Positions 20,978-31,930 of a stretch of DNA of 64,000 nt are shown here, in pieces. The stretch is from positions 1,248,001-1,312,000 of the forward strand of contig OZ253553.1 in assembly GCA_965262715.1 (NCBI GenBank), in the 5' to 3' direction. The stretch is from Bdellovibrionales bacterium (GTDB taxonomy: Bacteria; Bdellovibrionota; Bdellovibrionia; Bdellovibrionales; JAUICD01). Each line of letters begins with the position of its first letter. Position 1 is the first letter of the stretch. The notes beneath the pieces were generated by a model. That model saw nothing but the letters and a program-made list of their open reading frames with translations, had not been told where the DNA came from and searched no databases. Position numbers and translations under genes: made by a program.

Positions 20978-21433
20978 ATGAAAATTATTTTAAAATCAGA
21001 TGTTAAAAATGTTGGAAAGGCAGGTGAAGTTGTCAAAGTTAAAAGAGGTTTTGCGAGGAACTTTCTTTTTCCAAAAAATCTTGCGCAAGAAGCTACAGAA
21101 AAACGTATAAAAGAATTTAACCATTTACTAGACGTTGCTCAAATCAAACAAAATCAACTTCTCAAAAACAAACAAAAATTATTAGAAACGACTTCTCAAA
21201 CTCATCTTGTAATCTATGCCCAAACAGGTCAATCAGATAAATTATTTGGAGCTATCACAAATACAGATATTGCCTCTGCTTTAAAACAAAGAGGTCTTAT
21301 CGTAGATCGTAAACAAATTCATATTGAATCTCCTATTAAGCTCCTCGGGAAGCATGAAGTGACTGTCGTATTAGGAGAAAATATGAAAACTCATCTGACA
21401 ATCTCTGTAGAAAGAGAACCTCATAAAGTATAA
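20978..21433 (+). CDS. rplI: 50S ribosomal protein L9
   Basis: MKIIL..DVKNVGKAGEVVKVKRGFARNFLFP, KLFGAIT. Confidence 0.97.
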   Translation: MKIILKSDVKNVGKAGEVVKVKRGFARNFLFPKNLAQEATEKRIKEFNHLLDVAQIKQNQLLKNKQKLLETTSQTHLVIYAQTGQSDKLFGAITNTDIASALKQRGLIVDRKQIHIESPIKLLGKHEVTVVLGENMKTHLTISVEREPHKV

Positions 21434-21477
21434 TGACTTTATATGGAATCACTTAAGTTAGTTAAGAGGACCAGCTT

Positions 21478-22299
21478 ATGAAAATTGCAGTCTGTCTTAA
21501 ACAAGTTCCCGATACAGAAACTAAAATCAAACTTACAAGTTCTCCAGTTGATGCATCAAGTCAACATTCAACATCTCAAATAGACGCTCGTGACATCAAA
21601 TGGATTATTAGCCCTTATGATGAATACGCCATTGAGGAGGCTTTGCAAATTCAATCTAAAGAAAATGGATCCTCTGTAACAGCTATTTCTTTTGGGCCAA
21701 AGTCAAGGGTTATTAAAGCCCTTCAAATGGCACTAGCTATGGGAATTGATGAGGCTGTTTGCATTCCAGATAGTAATGATTCAAGTACTGGCTTAACAGA
21801 CAGTTTAGTGGTCGCTAAGTTACTATTTAAGTGCATTGAAAAAATAGGGCCTTTTGATTTAATTTTTATGGGAAAAACAGCTATTGATGACAATCAATCC
21901 GCTGTTGCTCCTATGCTGGCAGGTCTTTTAAACATCCCTCATGCATCTGTTGTTTCTAAATTAGAATACCACAATAGAAATGTTACCCTTGAAAGAGATA
22001 TTGAAGGTGGTGCAAAAGAAGTCATAGAAATGCAATTACCAGCACTCATTGGGACAACTAAGGGTTTAAACAATCCTCGTTACGCAACCTTACATGGAAT
22101 TATGAAAGCAAAAAGAAAACCCCTTACAGAGATGACACCAGATAGTTTGGGAATTGATATAGGAAAAACTTCAATAGAGTATACGGACTTTAAACTTCCC
22201 CCAGAAAGAGCAAAAGTTCAAATGATAGAAGGTGATATTACAGAACAAGCCACTGAACTTACTAGACTTTTGAAATATAAAGAAAAAGTGCTTTTTTGA
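21478..22299 (+). CDS. etfB: electron transfer flavoprotein beta subunit
   Basis: MKIAVCLKQVPDT, PYDEYAIEEAL, GK.AID, N.PRYATL.GIMKAK. Confidence 0.95.
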   Translation: MKIAVCLKQVPDTETKIKLTSSPVDASSQHSTSQIDARDIKWIISPYDEYAIEEALQIQSKENGSSVTAISFGPKSRVIKALQMALAMGIDEAVCIPDSNDSSTGLTDSLVVAKLLFKCIEKIGPFDLIFMGKTAIDDNQSAVAPMLAGLLNIPHASVVSKLEYHNRNVTLERDIEGGAKEVIEMQLPALIGTTKGLNNPRYATLHGIMKAKRKPLTEMTPDSLGIDIGKTSIEYTDFKLPPERAKVQMIEGDITEQATELTRLLKYKEKVLF

Positions 22300-22370
22300 C
22301 ATCACTTTTCTAGTAAGGTAAATTATCAGAAGGCCCTACATTCAATAGGGGTTCAGTGAGGGGAGATGGC

Positions 22371-23039
22371 ATGAAACACACAATACTTTTTTTAATGATA
22401 TTTTCTGTTCACTTTCAAGCTCTTAGCGAATATGACTGTCAAGACTTAACCCTAGAACATATTGGTATAGGGCCTAATCTCACCATATTTAATTTTGTTT
22501 ATAAAGATGCAAAGGAAAATCAACATGAATACATTATTAGAGATTTTGATAGAGCTGCTTCTTTGTTGACTATTCTTAACTTATACCTAAACCAAAATGA
22601 AAATGAAACTTCTGTTATTGAACCTTCTTTTGCAAATCTTTTGCAATTCTTAGCCACCAAAATTACTAAAACCTATACTGCAATGATAGAAAGTAGAGAA
22701 AACGAAGGAGATGCTTTTGTTCGTCAGATCCTTGGTAGTAGAATCGACCTCTTAAGTCAATTGTCGGAAGATAATATGCTTAATCGCACTTTAAGAAATT
22801 TTAATAATGAATTCCTTGATCAAAGTAGTAGATATTTCCAACATTCTTATCGAACTCATTACCACACTGACTATAACCAAGATACACAAAGATATGAATC
22901 TTCAGAAGTTTTAAGTTTATCTATAAATGCAACCAGCATCAGTAATGTCCATGATGTTATTGGTTACCATCTTTTAAGCCAGTGTCCAATTCAAGGCGAC
23001 TTAGAATATCTTTTCCAGCATATTGATCTGGATTTATAG
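22371..23039 (+). CDS. hypothetical secreted protein
   Basis: GGGGAG RBS before ATG 22371; signal-peptide-like N-terminus. Confidence 0.7.
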   Translation: MKHTILFLMIFSVHFQALSEYDCQDLTLEHIGIGPNLTIFNFVYKDAKENQHEYIIRDFDRAASLLTILNLYLNQNENETSVIEPSFANLLQFLATKITKTYTAMIESRENEGDAFVRQILGSRIDLLSQLSEDNMLNRTLRNFNNEFLDQSSRYFQHSYRTHYHTDYNQDTQRYESSEVLSLSINATSISNVHDVIGYHLLSQCPIQGDLEYLFQHIDLDL

Positions 23040-23134
23040 ACTATTTTTTTCTAATGTATAAGTTTTAGAAGCCACCTATTTTTACACTTTACAATTCAAG
23101 TTAAAATAACAAGTTGTCGTTATTTCGAGATATG

Positions 23135-23212
23135 ACAATCCAGAAGCCATTGCCGGGAGCTGATTGCCCGACTGCCAGTTTCCCGGATTGCCGATCCCGG
23201 AATAGAGTCCTA
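23135..23212 (-). repeat. GC-rich TTGCC/CCGG repeat patch (family 2)
   Basis: ATTGCCGGG, GATTGCCCG, ACTGCCAG, GATTGCCGATCCCGGAA, as in 38260-38350. Confidence 0.65.
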
Positions 23213-23470
23213 CGAAGGGACATAGGTAACAAATTCTTCAAGGCAAAGGTTAACTTTATATTAATATATTATTTTTTTACACATAATAATAATTAATAGA
23301 GACAAAGGCTCATAGCTTTTATATGGTCATTTTTTCATAAAATCCTATTTCACACCTTGTAAAAATTTCACTTAAAGTTCAAAAACGCACTTTTTTGAAC
23401 TGTTATTTGACATTTTTCTTTACATGTCTTAAAAAGAATGAGTCCGTTATGTTTATTGAGGTACATGCTT

Positions 23471-24028
23471 ATGAAATATTTTATATTAATAACTTTTATT
23501 ATATTTTCAAACTTTAGTTATGCTACTGATTCTTCAATTCTTTGCGATGGTACTTTTTTAACATCAGCTACACCCCAAGATATAAGTGACACACTATTTA
23601 ATATCCGTCATGAAGATAGAAGATCAGCAAGAGGTATAACAAACAGGCTTAGAGAATTGATATTCTCTAATAGAGAGGCATTGATGACATCTGCACTTCT
23701 TCAAACTTGTGATGAAAAAACAGGTGATACCCCTATCCATCTGGCTGCTAGGTTAGGAGCTGAATTTGGTGTGATCAACATGCTCATACAACAGGAAAGT
23801 GACTATACACCTCGTTTATACTTAAATGAACCTATTATGAGAAAAAATAAATCAGATCAAACGCCTGTTGATATTCTCAGAGCTAGATTGATTGAGGACC
23901 TTCCCGCACATGTTATTGACAATTTAGATACCCTACTTGAACTTTATGTCATGCAACAAACTGCTATAGAATGTCCTTTAAGAGGAAGAAGAAGTTTAAC
24001 AAAGCTAAGGTATGGAACTATATTTTAA
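23471..24028 (+). CDS. secreted ankyrin-like protein
   Basis: GAGG RBS, signal peptide, GDTPIHLAARLG, KNKSDQTPVDIL. Confidence 0.8.
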   Translation: MKYFILITFIIFSNFSYATDSSILCDGTFLTSATPQDISDTLFNIRHEDRRSARGITNRLRELIFSNREALMTSALLQTCDEKTGDTPIHLAARLGAEFGVINMLIQQESDYTPRLYLNEPIMRKNKSDQTPVDILRARLIEDLPAHVIDNLDTLLELYVMQQTAIECPLRGRRSLTKLRYGTIF

Positions 24029-24176
24029 AAAGCTAAACTAAGTTATAGATATATAGTGGTAAAAGATTTTCTATGCTAATCCTTACGCTTTAAAGAATAT
24101 TAAAGTTATGATTAAGTGTCTTTATAAGGCTATACATCTTGTAATCTTAAAAATCTAAAAAAGGACCTTATAGAAA

Positions 24177-25034
24177 ATGAAAAGAGAGGAAGGTTATTTT
24201 CGTGGATTCAATGATTCTGAGCTATTTTATCAATCTTGGATTGTTGAAAAACCTCGAGGTGGCATTGTCATCACTCACGGTTTAGGGGAACACTCAGAAT
24301 GTTATCAGAGACTAGTTGAGGGACTCAGCCCTTTAAATATGAATGTCTATGGTTGGGATCTAAGAGGACATGGACGTTCTGAAGGTAAAAGAGGGGTTAT
24401 TTATGATTTTCTTAACTTCTGTAAGGACCTTAAAATTTTTCTTAAATATATTCAAGATCAACATCCTATCTCTCCGATTTTTTTATTAGGCCACTCTATG
24501 GGTGGTCTTATTTGTAATAGAACTTTATTATCTCTAAGTGATCCAAAAACCCTCAAAATAAATGGATTAATTTTAAGCTCTCCCTTATGCACTTTAGCTA
24601 TTCATGTTCCTAAAGTTAAGAAAATTGCTGGAAAAGTTTTTGCTAAATGGTTACCTGACATTGCATTCCGACAACATAATTTAGGCTATAACAAGTTAAG
24701 TAGAGATAGAAATGTCATCAATGAATATCAACATGATCATTTAAGACATGATAAAATAAGTCCACAGCTTTTTTTTGATTTAAACCATAACTGTAAATAT
24801 CTTTTAGAAAATGCCTCTAAAGTCAAATTGCCTGTTATTGTTATGCAAGCAGGCTATGACACCATTGTAAGCGCAGATGCCTCTAAAACCTATTTTGAAA
24901 AAATATCGTCTGCTGACAAAACTCTTAAAATCTATGAAGGATATTACCATGAGATATTTAATGATATAGGAAGAGAAAAGGTATATACTGATTTGATCTC
25001 TTGGCTTGAATGCCGTCTTCCAAAAACTCAATAA
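24177..25034 (+). CDS. lysophospholipase / monoacylglycerol lipase (alpha/beta hydrolase)
   Basis: HGLGEH, DLRGHGRSEG.RG, GHSMGG, YHEIFND. Confidence 0.92.
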   Translation: MKREEGYFRGFNDSELFYQSWIVEKPRGGIVITHGLGEHSECYQRLVEGLSPLNMNVYGWDLRGHGRSEGKRGVIYDFLNFCKDLKIFLKYIQDQHPISPIFLLGHSMGGLICNRTLLSLSDPKTLKINGLILSSPLCTLAIHVPKVKKIAGKVFAKWLPDIAFRQHNLGYNKLSRDRNVINEYQHDHLRHDKISPQLFFDLNHNCKYLLENASKVKLPVIVMQAGYDTIVSADASKTYFEKISSADKTLKIYEGYYHEIFNDIGREKVYTDLISWLECRLPKTQ

Positions 25035-25103
25035 ATAAACCAAGTTCATGACACCTTAAGATGCTAATTTTTACAGTTAAAAATATTTTTGATTCATCAC
25101 CAG

Positions 25104-25395
25104 TTTTCCGGTATCTGGCAATCGAGGCAACCGGCATACTGTATCCGGAATCATAAAATCTGGCATCAGTAATTTGAATTTTTACATCTAATTTGTTTCC
25201 CTAAAAATGAACCAACCTCTGGTTGTTTTTGGGCAATGAGCATGACGGCTAATGCCTTCATAAAGTGCTCATTGCCTCAAAAACCTGTTCATTTTTAGGA
25301 GGAGAATACTTCTTGTTTTTTACACGATGTTAGGGAAAATGTTTTTATTTATGATGATGCAAAAACTCAAAACTTATTTTTGAGATCAGTTCTAG
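25104..25395 (+). mobile_element. mosaic repeat: family-2 patch (25104-25193), hairpin module (25194-25339) and right TIR (TTATTTTTGAGATCAGTTCTAG)
   Basis: Each part matches copies elsewhere in the window. Confidence 0.8.
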
Positions 25396-25399
25396 ATAT

Positions 25400-26599
25400 T
25401 TAAAGAGGACCTCTGGTTTTGATACTCACAGGCAGTTTTGCAATGAGATGAGCTACTTTGCTAGCATCCTTCGCATCTAAATCCATCACTAAGTATCCTA
25501 TCTCTCCCTTTGTTGTCAAAAATTGAGATTTGATATTAGCGCCTGTGGTAGACACAATTTTATTAATTTGCCCTAAGACTCCAGGTACATTTTGATGTAC
25601 ATTGACAATACGCTTGCAATCTTGTCTTAAAGATAAATTAACATTTGGAAAATTAACGGCTCCTAATGTAAATCCTTCTTTAATGAAGTGAATGATGTTA
25701 CCTGCCACCTCCATGCCAATAGACTCTTGCGCTTCCTCTGTAGAACCACCTATATGAGGTGTTAATATCACATTTGGTAGGCCCTGAAGTGGACTTTCAA
25801 AAGTATCATTATTGCTCTTTGGTTCCTTAGGAAACACATCAATAGCAGCACCTGCTATATGCTTTGATTTAAGAGCTGCTATGAGATCAGCAATATTTAC
25901 AACGCAACCACGACTCGCATTTAAAAGGAAACTACCCTTTTTCATTTTTTGCAATTCTCGCGCTGCTATCATATTTCGAGTTTTTTCTGTTTCTGGCACA
26001 TGAAGGGTTACAAAATCAGAAGCAGTAAGTAGGTTATCTAAACTATCTATTTGCTTCGCATTTCCTAAACACAATTTTCTAACAATATCATAAAATATAA
26101 CACTCATACCAAGAGACTCTGCAAGAACACTGACTTGACTGCCTATATGACCATATCCAATGATTCCAAGAGTTTTACCTCTAATCTCATTAGAGCCAAC
26201 AGAAGTTTTCTTCCAAACTCCACGGTGAAGAAGTTGATGACTTTCACTTAGGTTACGCGCTAGAGAAATGACTTCTGCTATAATTAATTCAGCCACTGAG
26301 CGCGTGTTATTATAAGGAGCATTAAAAATAGGAATTCCTAAATGAGCCGCAAATTCAGTATCAATTTGATTGGTCCCTATGCAAAAAGCCCCAACACCTA
26401 TCAAACACTTAGCAGATGATAGTAAATCCGCATCCAAGTTAGTCTTAGAACGAATACCTAAAATATGTACAGATTTAAGAGCTTTAAATAGCTCCTCCCT
26501 ACCAAGAGCCTGTTTATAAAATTCAACCTCAAATCCTTCTTTTTCAAGCTGAGTTTGAGCTACAAGATGAATATTTTCCGAAAGTAATATTTTTATCAA
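25400..26599 (-). CDS. serA: D-3-phosphoglycerate dehydrogenase
   Basis: GIRSKT, FCIGTNQ, NTRSVAEL, GYGHIG, TPHIGGSTEEAQ, C-terminal ACT domain. Confidence 0.97.
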   Translation of the reverse strand: MIKILLSENIHLVAQTQLEKEGFEVEFYKQALGREELFKALKSVHILGIRSKTNLDADLLSSAKCLIGVGAFCIGTNQIDTEFAAHLGIPIFNAPYNNTRSVAELIIAEVISLARNLSESHQLLHRGVWKKTSVGSNEIRGKTLGIIGYGHIGSQVSVLAESLGMSVIFYDIVRKLCLGNAKQIDSLDNLLTASDFVTLHVPETEKTRNMIAARELQKMKKGSFLLNASRGCVVNIADLIAALKSKHIAGAAIDVFPKEPKSNNDTFESPLQGLPNVILTPHIGGSTEEAQESIGMEVAGNIIHFIKEGFTLGAVNFPNVNLSLRQDCKRIVNVHQNVPGVLGQINKIVSTTGANIKSQFLTTKGEIGYLVMDLDAKDASKVAHLIAKLPVSIKTRGPL

Positions 26600-26712
26600 G
26601 AATATCTCCTTGCCTTTAATGGGTTTTCTCTACTATAAAATAAGGTGAAGAGCTCTTTATAAAATATATAGAACCTTTAAAAATAATACCTACTTTATTG
26701 AATTTTTTGTAT

Positions 26713-27678
26713 ATGGCACTTTATAAAAAACAGCTTAACATATTAGAAAAGCATATCGCCTCTCAAATTCACAAATCAAGCTTAAAAGCGTCAAAGCTTT
26801 TACTTGCTGTGTCAGGTGGAAGAGACTCCATGACACTACTTCACAGCATGAACCAAATAGCTTCTGATTTTCAATTACAGCTTTATATAGCGCATTTTCA
26901 TCATGGCCAGAAAGATATAGACTCAAAAACACTTAACTTTAGAGATAAAGCCTTAAATCTTATCCAAAAACAATGTGAAAACAATAACAATCCTCTCTAC
27001 TTTGAGGTTTACGAAGGAGAACCTCTTAAATCAGAGAATGACTTGAGAAACGCAAGGTGGTTGTTTTTAAAAAAAATCTGTTATGAAATAGGCTGCAAGG
27101 CCATTGTCACAGCTCATCATAAAAATGACTTGCTAGAAACCCGTATTCTAAGACTCATTAGAGGAGTTGGCCATCAAGGCCTGAAGGCTATGACAGTCTT
27201 TGACGGACAAATTTTCCGCCCATTATTAGAAATAACTCAACAGCAATTATTTCAAACCTACACTGAAAAAATCAACTATATAGAAGACCCTAGTAATCAG
27301 TCACCTTTAGCTTTTCGCAATTGGCTAAGACATCAATGGCTCCCTACTTTAGAAAAAAAATCTCCTGGGGCTACAAAAGCTCTATCGCGATCCTTAGATA
27401 TTTTAAGTAAACAAAATAGCCAATTACCTTTTAGACAGGACATTTATATTGATGCACAAGGGATAAAAAGAGAAGATTTTGAAAAACTGCCAACAAACCA
27501 AAAAAGTCAAATCATTGCATATTATCTCTATAAAAAAGCTCTTCCTAATTACACGACATCTCATATCCTGGAGATTCAAAAACGCCTACAAACTCCTCAA
27601 AAAAACTTTGAATTCTGGCTACTTAAACATAAATGGATCATCAGTTCTACACATATCAAACTGCAAGAGACTTATTGA
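26713..27678 (+). CDS. tilS: tRNA(Ile)-lysidine synthetase
   Basis: AVSGGRDS PP-loop, TAHH..D.LET, RPLL, EDPSN, RNWLR. Confidence 0.93.
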   Translation: MALYKKQLNILEKHIASQIHKSSLKASKLLLAVSGGRDSMTLLHSMNQIASDFQLQLYIAHFHHGQKDIDSKTLNFRDKALNLIQKQCENNNNPLYFEVYEGEPLKSENDLRNARWLFLKKICYEIGCKAIVTAHHKNDLLETRILRLIRGVGHQGLKAMTVFDGQIFRPLLEITQQQLFQTYTEKINYIEDPSNQSPLAFRNWLRHQWLPTLEKKSPGATKALSRSLDILSKQNSQLPFRQDIYIDAQGIKREDFEKLPTNQKSQIIAYYLYKKALPNYTTSHILEIQKRLQTPQKNFEFWLLKHKWIISSTHIKLQETY

Positions 27679-27773
27679 AAAAATAAGAATATAAGTATTG
27701 CTTAGTTATCCTAAGCATTATATATGAAAACCACCTTCTACATTTATAAATAAAACACCTTGGAGAACAAAAA

Positions 27774-28703
27774 ATGCCTTATCTCTCTTGCCTCATCTCG
27801 ATATCTTTACTTTATTTTTGTGTACTTTCCAATCACCTTCTTTATGCGCAAAATACCCATAAATCACAAACTGTAAGGATTGATGGATCAAGTACTGTCT
27901 TTCTCATCACAGAAGCTGTAGCTGAAGAGTTTTTAAAAGTAAAACCTAGAACCCGAGTGCTTGTAGGTGTCTCTGGTACAGGTGGTGGCTTTAAAAAATT
28001 TTTACGAGGGGAAACTGACATCACAAATGCCTCTCGTAAAATTAAAAGTAGTGAAATAAAAGAAGCTCAACGAAGAAAAGTACAATACCTAGAGATCCCT
28101 ATTGCTTATGATGGCATTTCTATTGTTGTTAATAAAAAAAATGATTGGGCAGACTCTCTCACAACAGCTGAGCTAAAAAAGATTTGGCAGCCAAAAAGTA
28201 ATGTCAAAACATGGAAAGATGTACGTAAAAGTTGGCCTTCTACTAAAATGCATCTTTATGGACCCGGTACAGATTCAGGGACTTTCGATTATTTCACAGA
28301 AGCTATTAATGGAAAAGCACAAGCTAGCAGATCAGACTTTAATAGAAGTGAGGATGACAATATCCTAGTACAAGGGGTGGCCAATGATAAAGGAGCATTA
28401 GGGTATTTTGGCTATGCCTACTATACAGAAAACAAAGATAGGATTAAATTGGTACCTGTTAAACATAAAGATAAAGCTTATTCCCCTACACCTGCTAACA
28501 TTAAGGACGGCAGCTACTCTCCTCTATCAAGACAGCTTTTTCTATATGTTAACCAAGCGTCTCTTACAAAACTATATGTTAGAGCTTTTTTAAAGTTTTA
28601 TTTAGAAAAAGTCTCTTCACTACTTAATGAAGTAGGATATGTACCACTTTCTAAAAGTGACTATACATCTTCACTGAATCTTATAAAGAAAAAGCAAAAA
28701 TAA
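27774..28703 (+). CDS. pstS: phosphate ABC transporter substrate-binding protein
   Basis: [40 protein letters not shown]. Confidence 0.95.
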   Translation: MPYLSCLISISLLYFCVLSNHLLYAQNTHKSQTVRIDGSSTVFLITEAVAEEFLKVKPRTRVLVGVSGTGGGFKKFLRGETDITNASRKIKSSEIKEAQRRKVQYLEIPIAYDGISIVVNKKNDWADSLTTAELKKIWQPKSNVKTWKDVRKSWPSTKMHLYGPGTDSGTFDYFTEAINGKAQASRSDFNRSEDDNILVQGVANDKGALGYFGYAYYTENKDRIKLVPVKHKDKAYSPTPANIKDGSYSPLSRQLFLYVNQASLTKLYVRAFLKFYLEKVSSLLNEVGYVPLSKSDYTSSLNLIKKKQK

Positions 28704-28749
28704 AGATAACTTAAAAAAGCTTCTAATATGAAGAACTGAAAAAAACAAA

Positions 28750-29658
28750 ATGACAAAGGCAAAAAAACTCTCTCTTTTTATCTATAGTAATAAAACCAAC
28801 AACATTATCAATAAGCTTTTTAAATGGTCATTGATCCTTTGTTTATCTATATCTGTCTTAACGACTTTAACTGTGATCACAATCATGGGTAAATCAAGTT
28901 GGGATTTTTTTCAACAAGTCTCTGTTTTTGATTTCCTTTTTGGGACTGAATGGACACCATTGTTTATTCCTAAGTCCTTTGGTGTATTGCCACTTGTCGC
29001 AGGCACAGCTTTTATTGTATTAGGGGCCATTTTCATTGCATTGCCGTTGGGATTAATGGTTGCTATTTATTTATCAGAATATGCCCCTGCATATATTCAA
29101 AATACTTTAAAACCTTTTATTGAAGTTCTTGCTGGTATTCCTACTGTGGTCTATGGATACCTTGCTCTTACTTTTATCACCCCTCAGCTTAAATTTTTCT
29201 TCCCTGAAACCCAGCTTTTCAATGCATTGAGTGGAGCTATTGTTGTAGGAATTATGATACTTCCTATGATTTCTTCTCTTTCTGAAGATGCTTTTTCTAG
29301 TATCTCTAATTCTCTAAGAGAAGCAGGATATGCATTAGGAGCTACACAATTTGAGGTGATCACCCAAATCATTTTACCTGCCTCTTTCAGACGTATTGGT
29401 GCTTCTATTATTCTAGCTATCTCTAGAGCTGTGGGAGAAACTATGGCCGTTGCCCTAGCTGCAGGCTCAACTCCAAAGCTCTTTATTAACCCTTTAGAGA
29501 GCATTCAAACCATGACAGCTTATATCATACAAGTCTCATTAGGAGATACACCAGCTGATGGAATAGAATATCTAACTTGCTTTGCTGTAGGGGGACTGCT
29601 CTTTTTAATCACATTAACATTTAATGTCATTGGCATCGGTCTTATACGTAAATGTTAG
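28750..29658 (+). CDS. pstC: phosphate ABC transporter permease
   Basis: LAGIPTVVYG, LREAGYALGAT, SRAVGETMAV. Confidence 0.95.
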   Translation: MTKAKKLSLFIYSNKTNNIINKLFKWSLILCLSISVLTTLTVITIMGKSSWDFFQQVSVFDFLFGTEWTPLFIPKSFGVLPLVAGTAFIVLGAIFIALPLGLMVAIYLSEYAPAYIQNTLKPFIEVLAGIPTVVYGYLALTFITPQLKFFFPETQLFNALSGAIVVGIMILPMISSLSEDAFSSISNSLREAGYALGATQFEVITQIILPASFRRIGASIILAISRAVGETMAVALAAGSTPKLFINPLESIQTMTAYIIQVSLGDTPADGIEYLTCFAVGGLLFLITLTFNVIGIGLIRKC

Positions 29659-29769
29659 AACTATTCACTTGAAATAAATCAACTAGTTTTCAATGAGCAA
29701 TTTTAGTTTGTGACCTATTGATATCTACCATAGGGTATATACATAGCAATTGAAAAGGAGATCATAATA

Positions 29770-30003
29770 ATGAACACTGGCACTCTCTGGAGTTTAAAAC
29801 AAAGCGAAGAAGGTATTATACAAGGCTTCCATTCTAAGCTTTCTTCTAGTTACATTAACCGTCTTAAAGAGTTTGGTTTTGAGAAAAAAGTCTTATGTGT
29901 TAAAACAGGTGGATTTAAAAGTTATAAAATATTTCAAGTTACAGATAGTAGATATTGCATAGATAAAGATCTTGCTCTTCAGGTGCATGTCAATAAAATC
30001 TAA
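29770..30003 (+). CDS. feoA: ferrous iron transport protein A
   Basis: 77-aa protein with RL.EFGF motif directly upstream of feoB; AAGGAG RBS. Confidence 0.75.
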   Translation: MNTGTLWSLKQSEEGIIQGFHSKLSSSYINRLKEFGFEKKVLCVKTGGFKSYKIFQVTDSRYCIDKDLALQVHVNKI

Positions 30004-30121
30004 TTTTATATCATAAATGGCTGGCTTAATTGGATATATGGAAAGGTTTGACCTTAACTCTTAAGATGTTATCCATTCTCTCTTAATAGAGGAACCATCG
30101 CCATATAAAAAAGGAGTTACT

Positions 30122-31930
30122 TTGAAGAAGACAGTCAAGAACACGGTCCTTATTGTTGGAAAGCCCAACTCTGGTAAGAGCCTGCTCTTTAATCGCTTAA
30201 CAGGTATGAAGCAAAAGGTAGCTAATTTCTCTGGTGTGACAGTGGATATCAAGACAGGATATTCAAATGACATTCTCTACACAGATTATCCTGGAGTTTA
30301 TTCTCTCCATGCGGTCACAGAAGATGAAAAGTTTATTGTTGATTCTTTTTACAAATCACTTAAAGATGAAAATGTCTCTGCTATTTTATGCCTGCTAGAT
30401 GCAACTCGTCTAGAAAGAAGCCTTATCTTTGGCCTTCAAGTCCAACTAGCCGCTCAAGAGCACAATAAGGCAGTGATTTTTGCACTGAACATGATGGATG
30501 AAATAGATGCTCATGGTCTATCTATTGATGCTGAGAAATTATCTAAAGAAGTTGGAAGTCTTGTTATCCCCATCTCTGCTCAAACTAAGCAAAATATAAA
30601 CATTTTAAAAGAAACAATCTATAAAGTCCTTGCCAAGCCAAAAAATTATCTTCCCATAGTTTCTAAGTCTGATATTTTCAAAAGAAGTAGAGAGATCCAT
30701 GGCATTTTTTTCTCACATCAAGAGTCTATTTTAAAAAAACAAAACCGTTTTGATCGTCTATTTCTCTCTCGTTTTACTGGTGGTATTTTGTTTATTGCTA
30801 TCATGACATTTCTGTTTCAATCTATCTTCACTTGGGCTACACCTGCTATGGATTTTGTAGAAAGCTCTGTCGCCTTTTTAGGAAGTTATACATCTTCTAT
30901 TTTACCAGATGGCATTTTGAAAGACTTTATCAATGATGCTCTCTTTGGAGGCATAGGATCATTTTTAGTTTTTGTCCCTCAAATCTTCATTTTAACTTTC
31001 ATTATTGGTTTTTTAGAAGATAGTGGATACTTAGCAAGAGCTGTTGTGATTTGTCACAAACCACTAAGCTTAGTAGGGCTTTCAGGTAAAAGTTTCGTCC
31101 CTTTTTTATCAAGTCACGCTTGTGCAATCCCTGCTATTTTTGCTGCAAGAACTATCGCCTCACCTAAAAAGCGCTTTCTAACTATGCTCACAATTCCATT
31201 AATGGCATGCTCAGCTAGACTTCCTGTTTATGCTCTATTTATAGCTGTCTTAATACCTCCAGTCACCTACATGGGAATTATAGGTTTGCAAGGACTAGCC
31301 TTTTTTGCCCTTTATGTTTTTGGTATCGTTACTGCTCTTTTTGTATCTACCCTGCTTTCACAAACTGTCTATAAAAAAACAACGGACACTCCTTTTGTGA
31401 TTGAACTTCCTCCTTATCGATTTCCCCACTTAGCTCCTCTTTTAAGACATTCCTTCTATAGTGCATGGTCTTTTGTAAAAAAGGCTGGTGGCATCATTTG
31501 TTTAACAGTTGTCGTGATTTGGATTTTGGGTTATTTCCCTTCACAAAACTTAGAAACTTCATGGCTTGCACAAATAGGAAGGTGGATAGAACCTGTCTTT
31601 CGACCCTTAGGTTTAGACTGGAAATTTAGTGTTGCTATTCTTACATCTTTTTTAGCAAGAGAAGTCTTTGTAGGAACATTAGGCACCTTGTTTAACATTC
31701 AAGATGCTCAAGAAAATGTTTCTGTTTTATCTGAACAAATTGGAGCTGATCTCACCATGGCCTCAGGTATTTCTCTTTTAGTTTTCTATGCAATTGCTCT
31801 ACAGTGTGTCTCAACAGTTGCTATGTTAAAAAAAGAGTTTGGAAGTTATACTATGCCTGTTTTTATATTCTTCTTCTATGGAGCCCTTGCTTATGTTATG
31901 GCTTTTATCACCTACCAGATATTATCTTAA
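30122..31930 (+). CDS. feoB: ferrous iron transporter B
   Basis: [40 protein letters not shown]. Confidence 0.96.
   Translation: MKKTVKNTVLIVGKPNSGKSLLFNRLTGMKQKVANFSGVTVDIKTGYSNDILYTDYPGVYSLHAVTEDEKFIVDSFYKSLKDENVSAILCLLDATRLERSLIFGLQVQLAAQEHNKAVIFALNMMDEIDAHGLSIDAEKLSKEVGSLVIPISAQTKQNINILKETIYKVLAKPKNYLPIVSKSDIFKRSREIHGIFFSHQESILKKQNRFDRLFLSRFTGGILFIAIMTFLFQSIFTWATPAMDFVESSVAFLGSYTSSILPDGILKDFINDALFGGIGSFLVFVPQIFILTFIIGFLEDSGYLARAVVICHKPLSLVGLSGKSFVPFLSSHACAIPAIFAARTIASPKKRFLTMLTIPLMACSARLPVYALFIAVLIPPVTYMGIIGLQGLAFFALYVFGIVTALFVSTLLSQTVYKKTTDTPFVIELPPYRFPHLAPLLRHSFYSAWSFVKKAGGIICLTVVVIWILGYFPSQNLETSWLAQIGRWIEPVFRPLGLDWKFSVAILTSFLAREVFVGTLGTLFNIQDAQENVSVLSEQIGADLTMASGISLLVFYAIALQCVSTVAMLKKEFGSYTMPVFIFFFYGALAYVMAFITYQILS

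Noticed and set aside
29660..29760. Fur box upstream of feoA
   Set aside because: No convincing match to GATAATGATAATCATTATC
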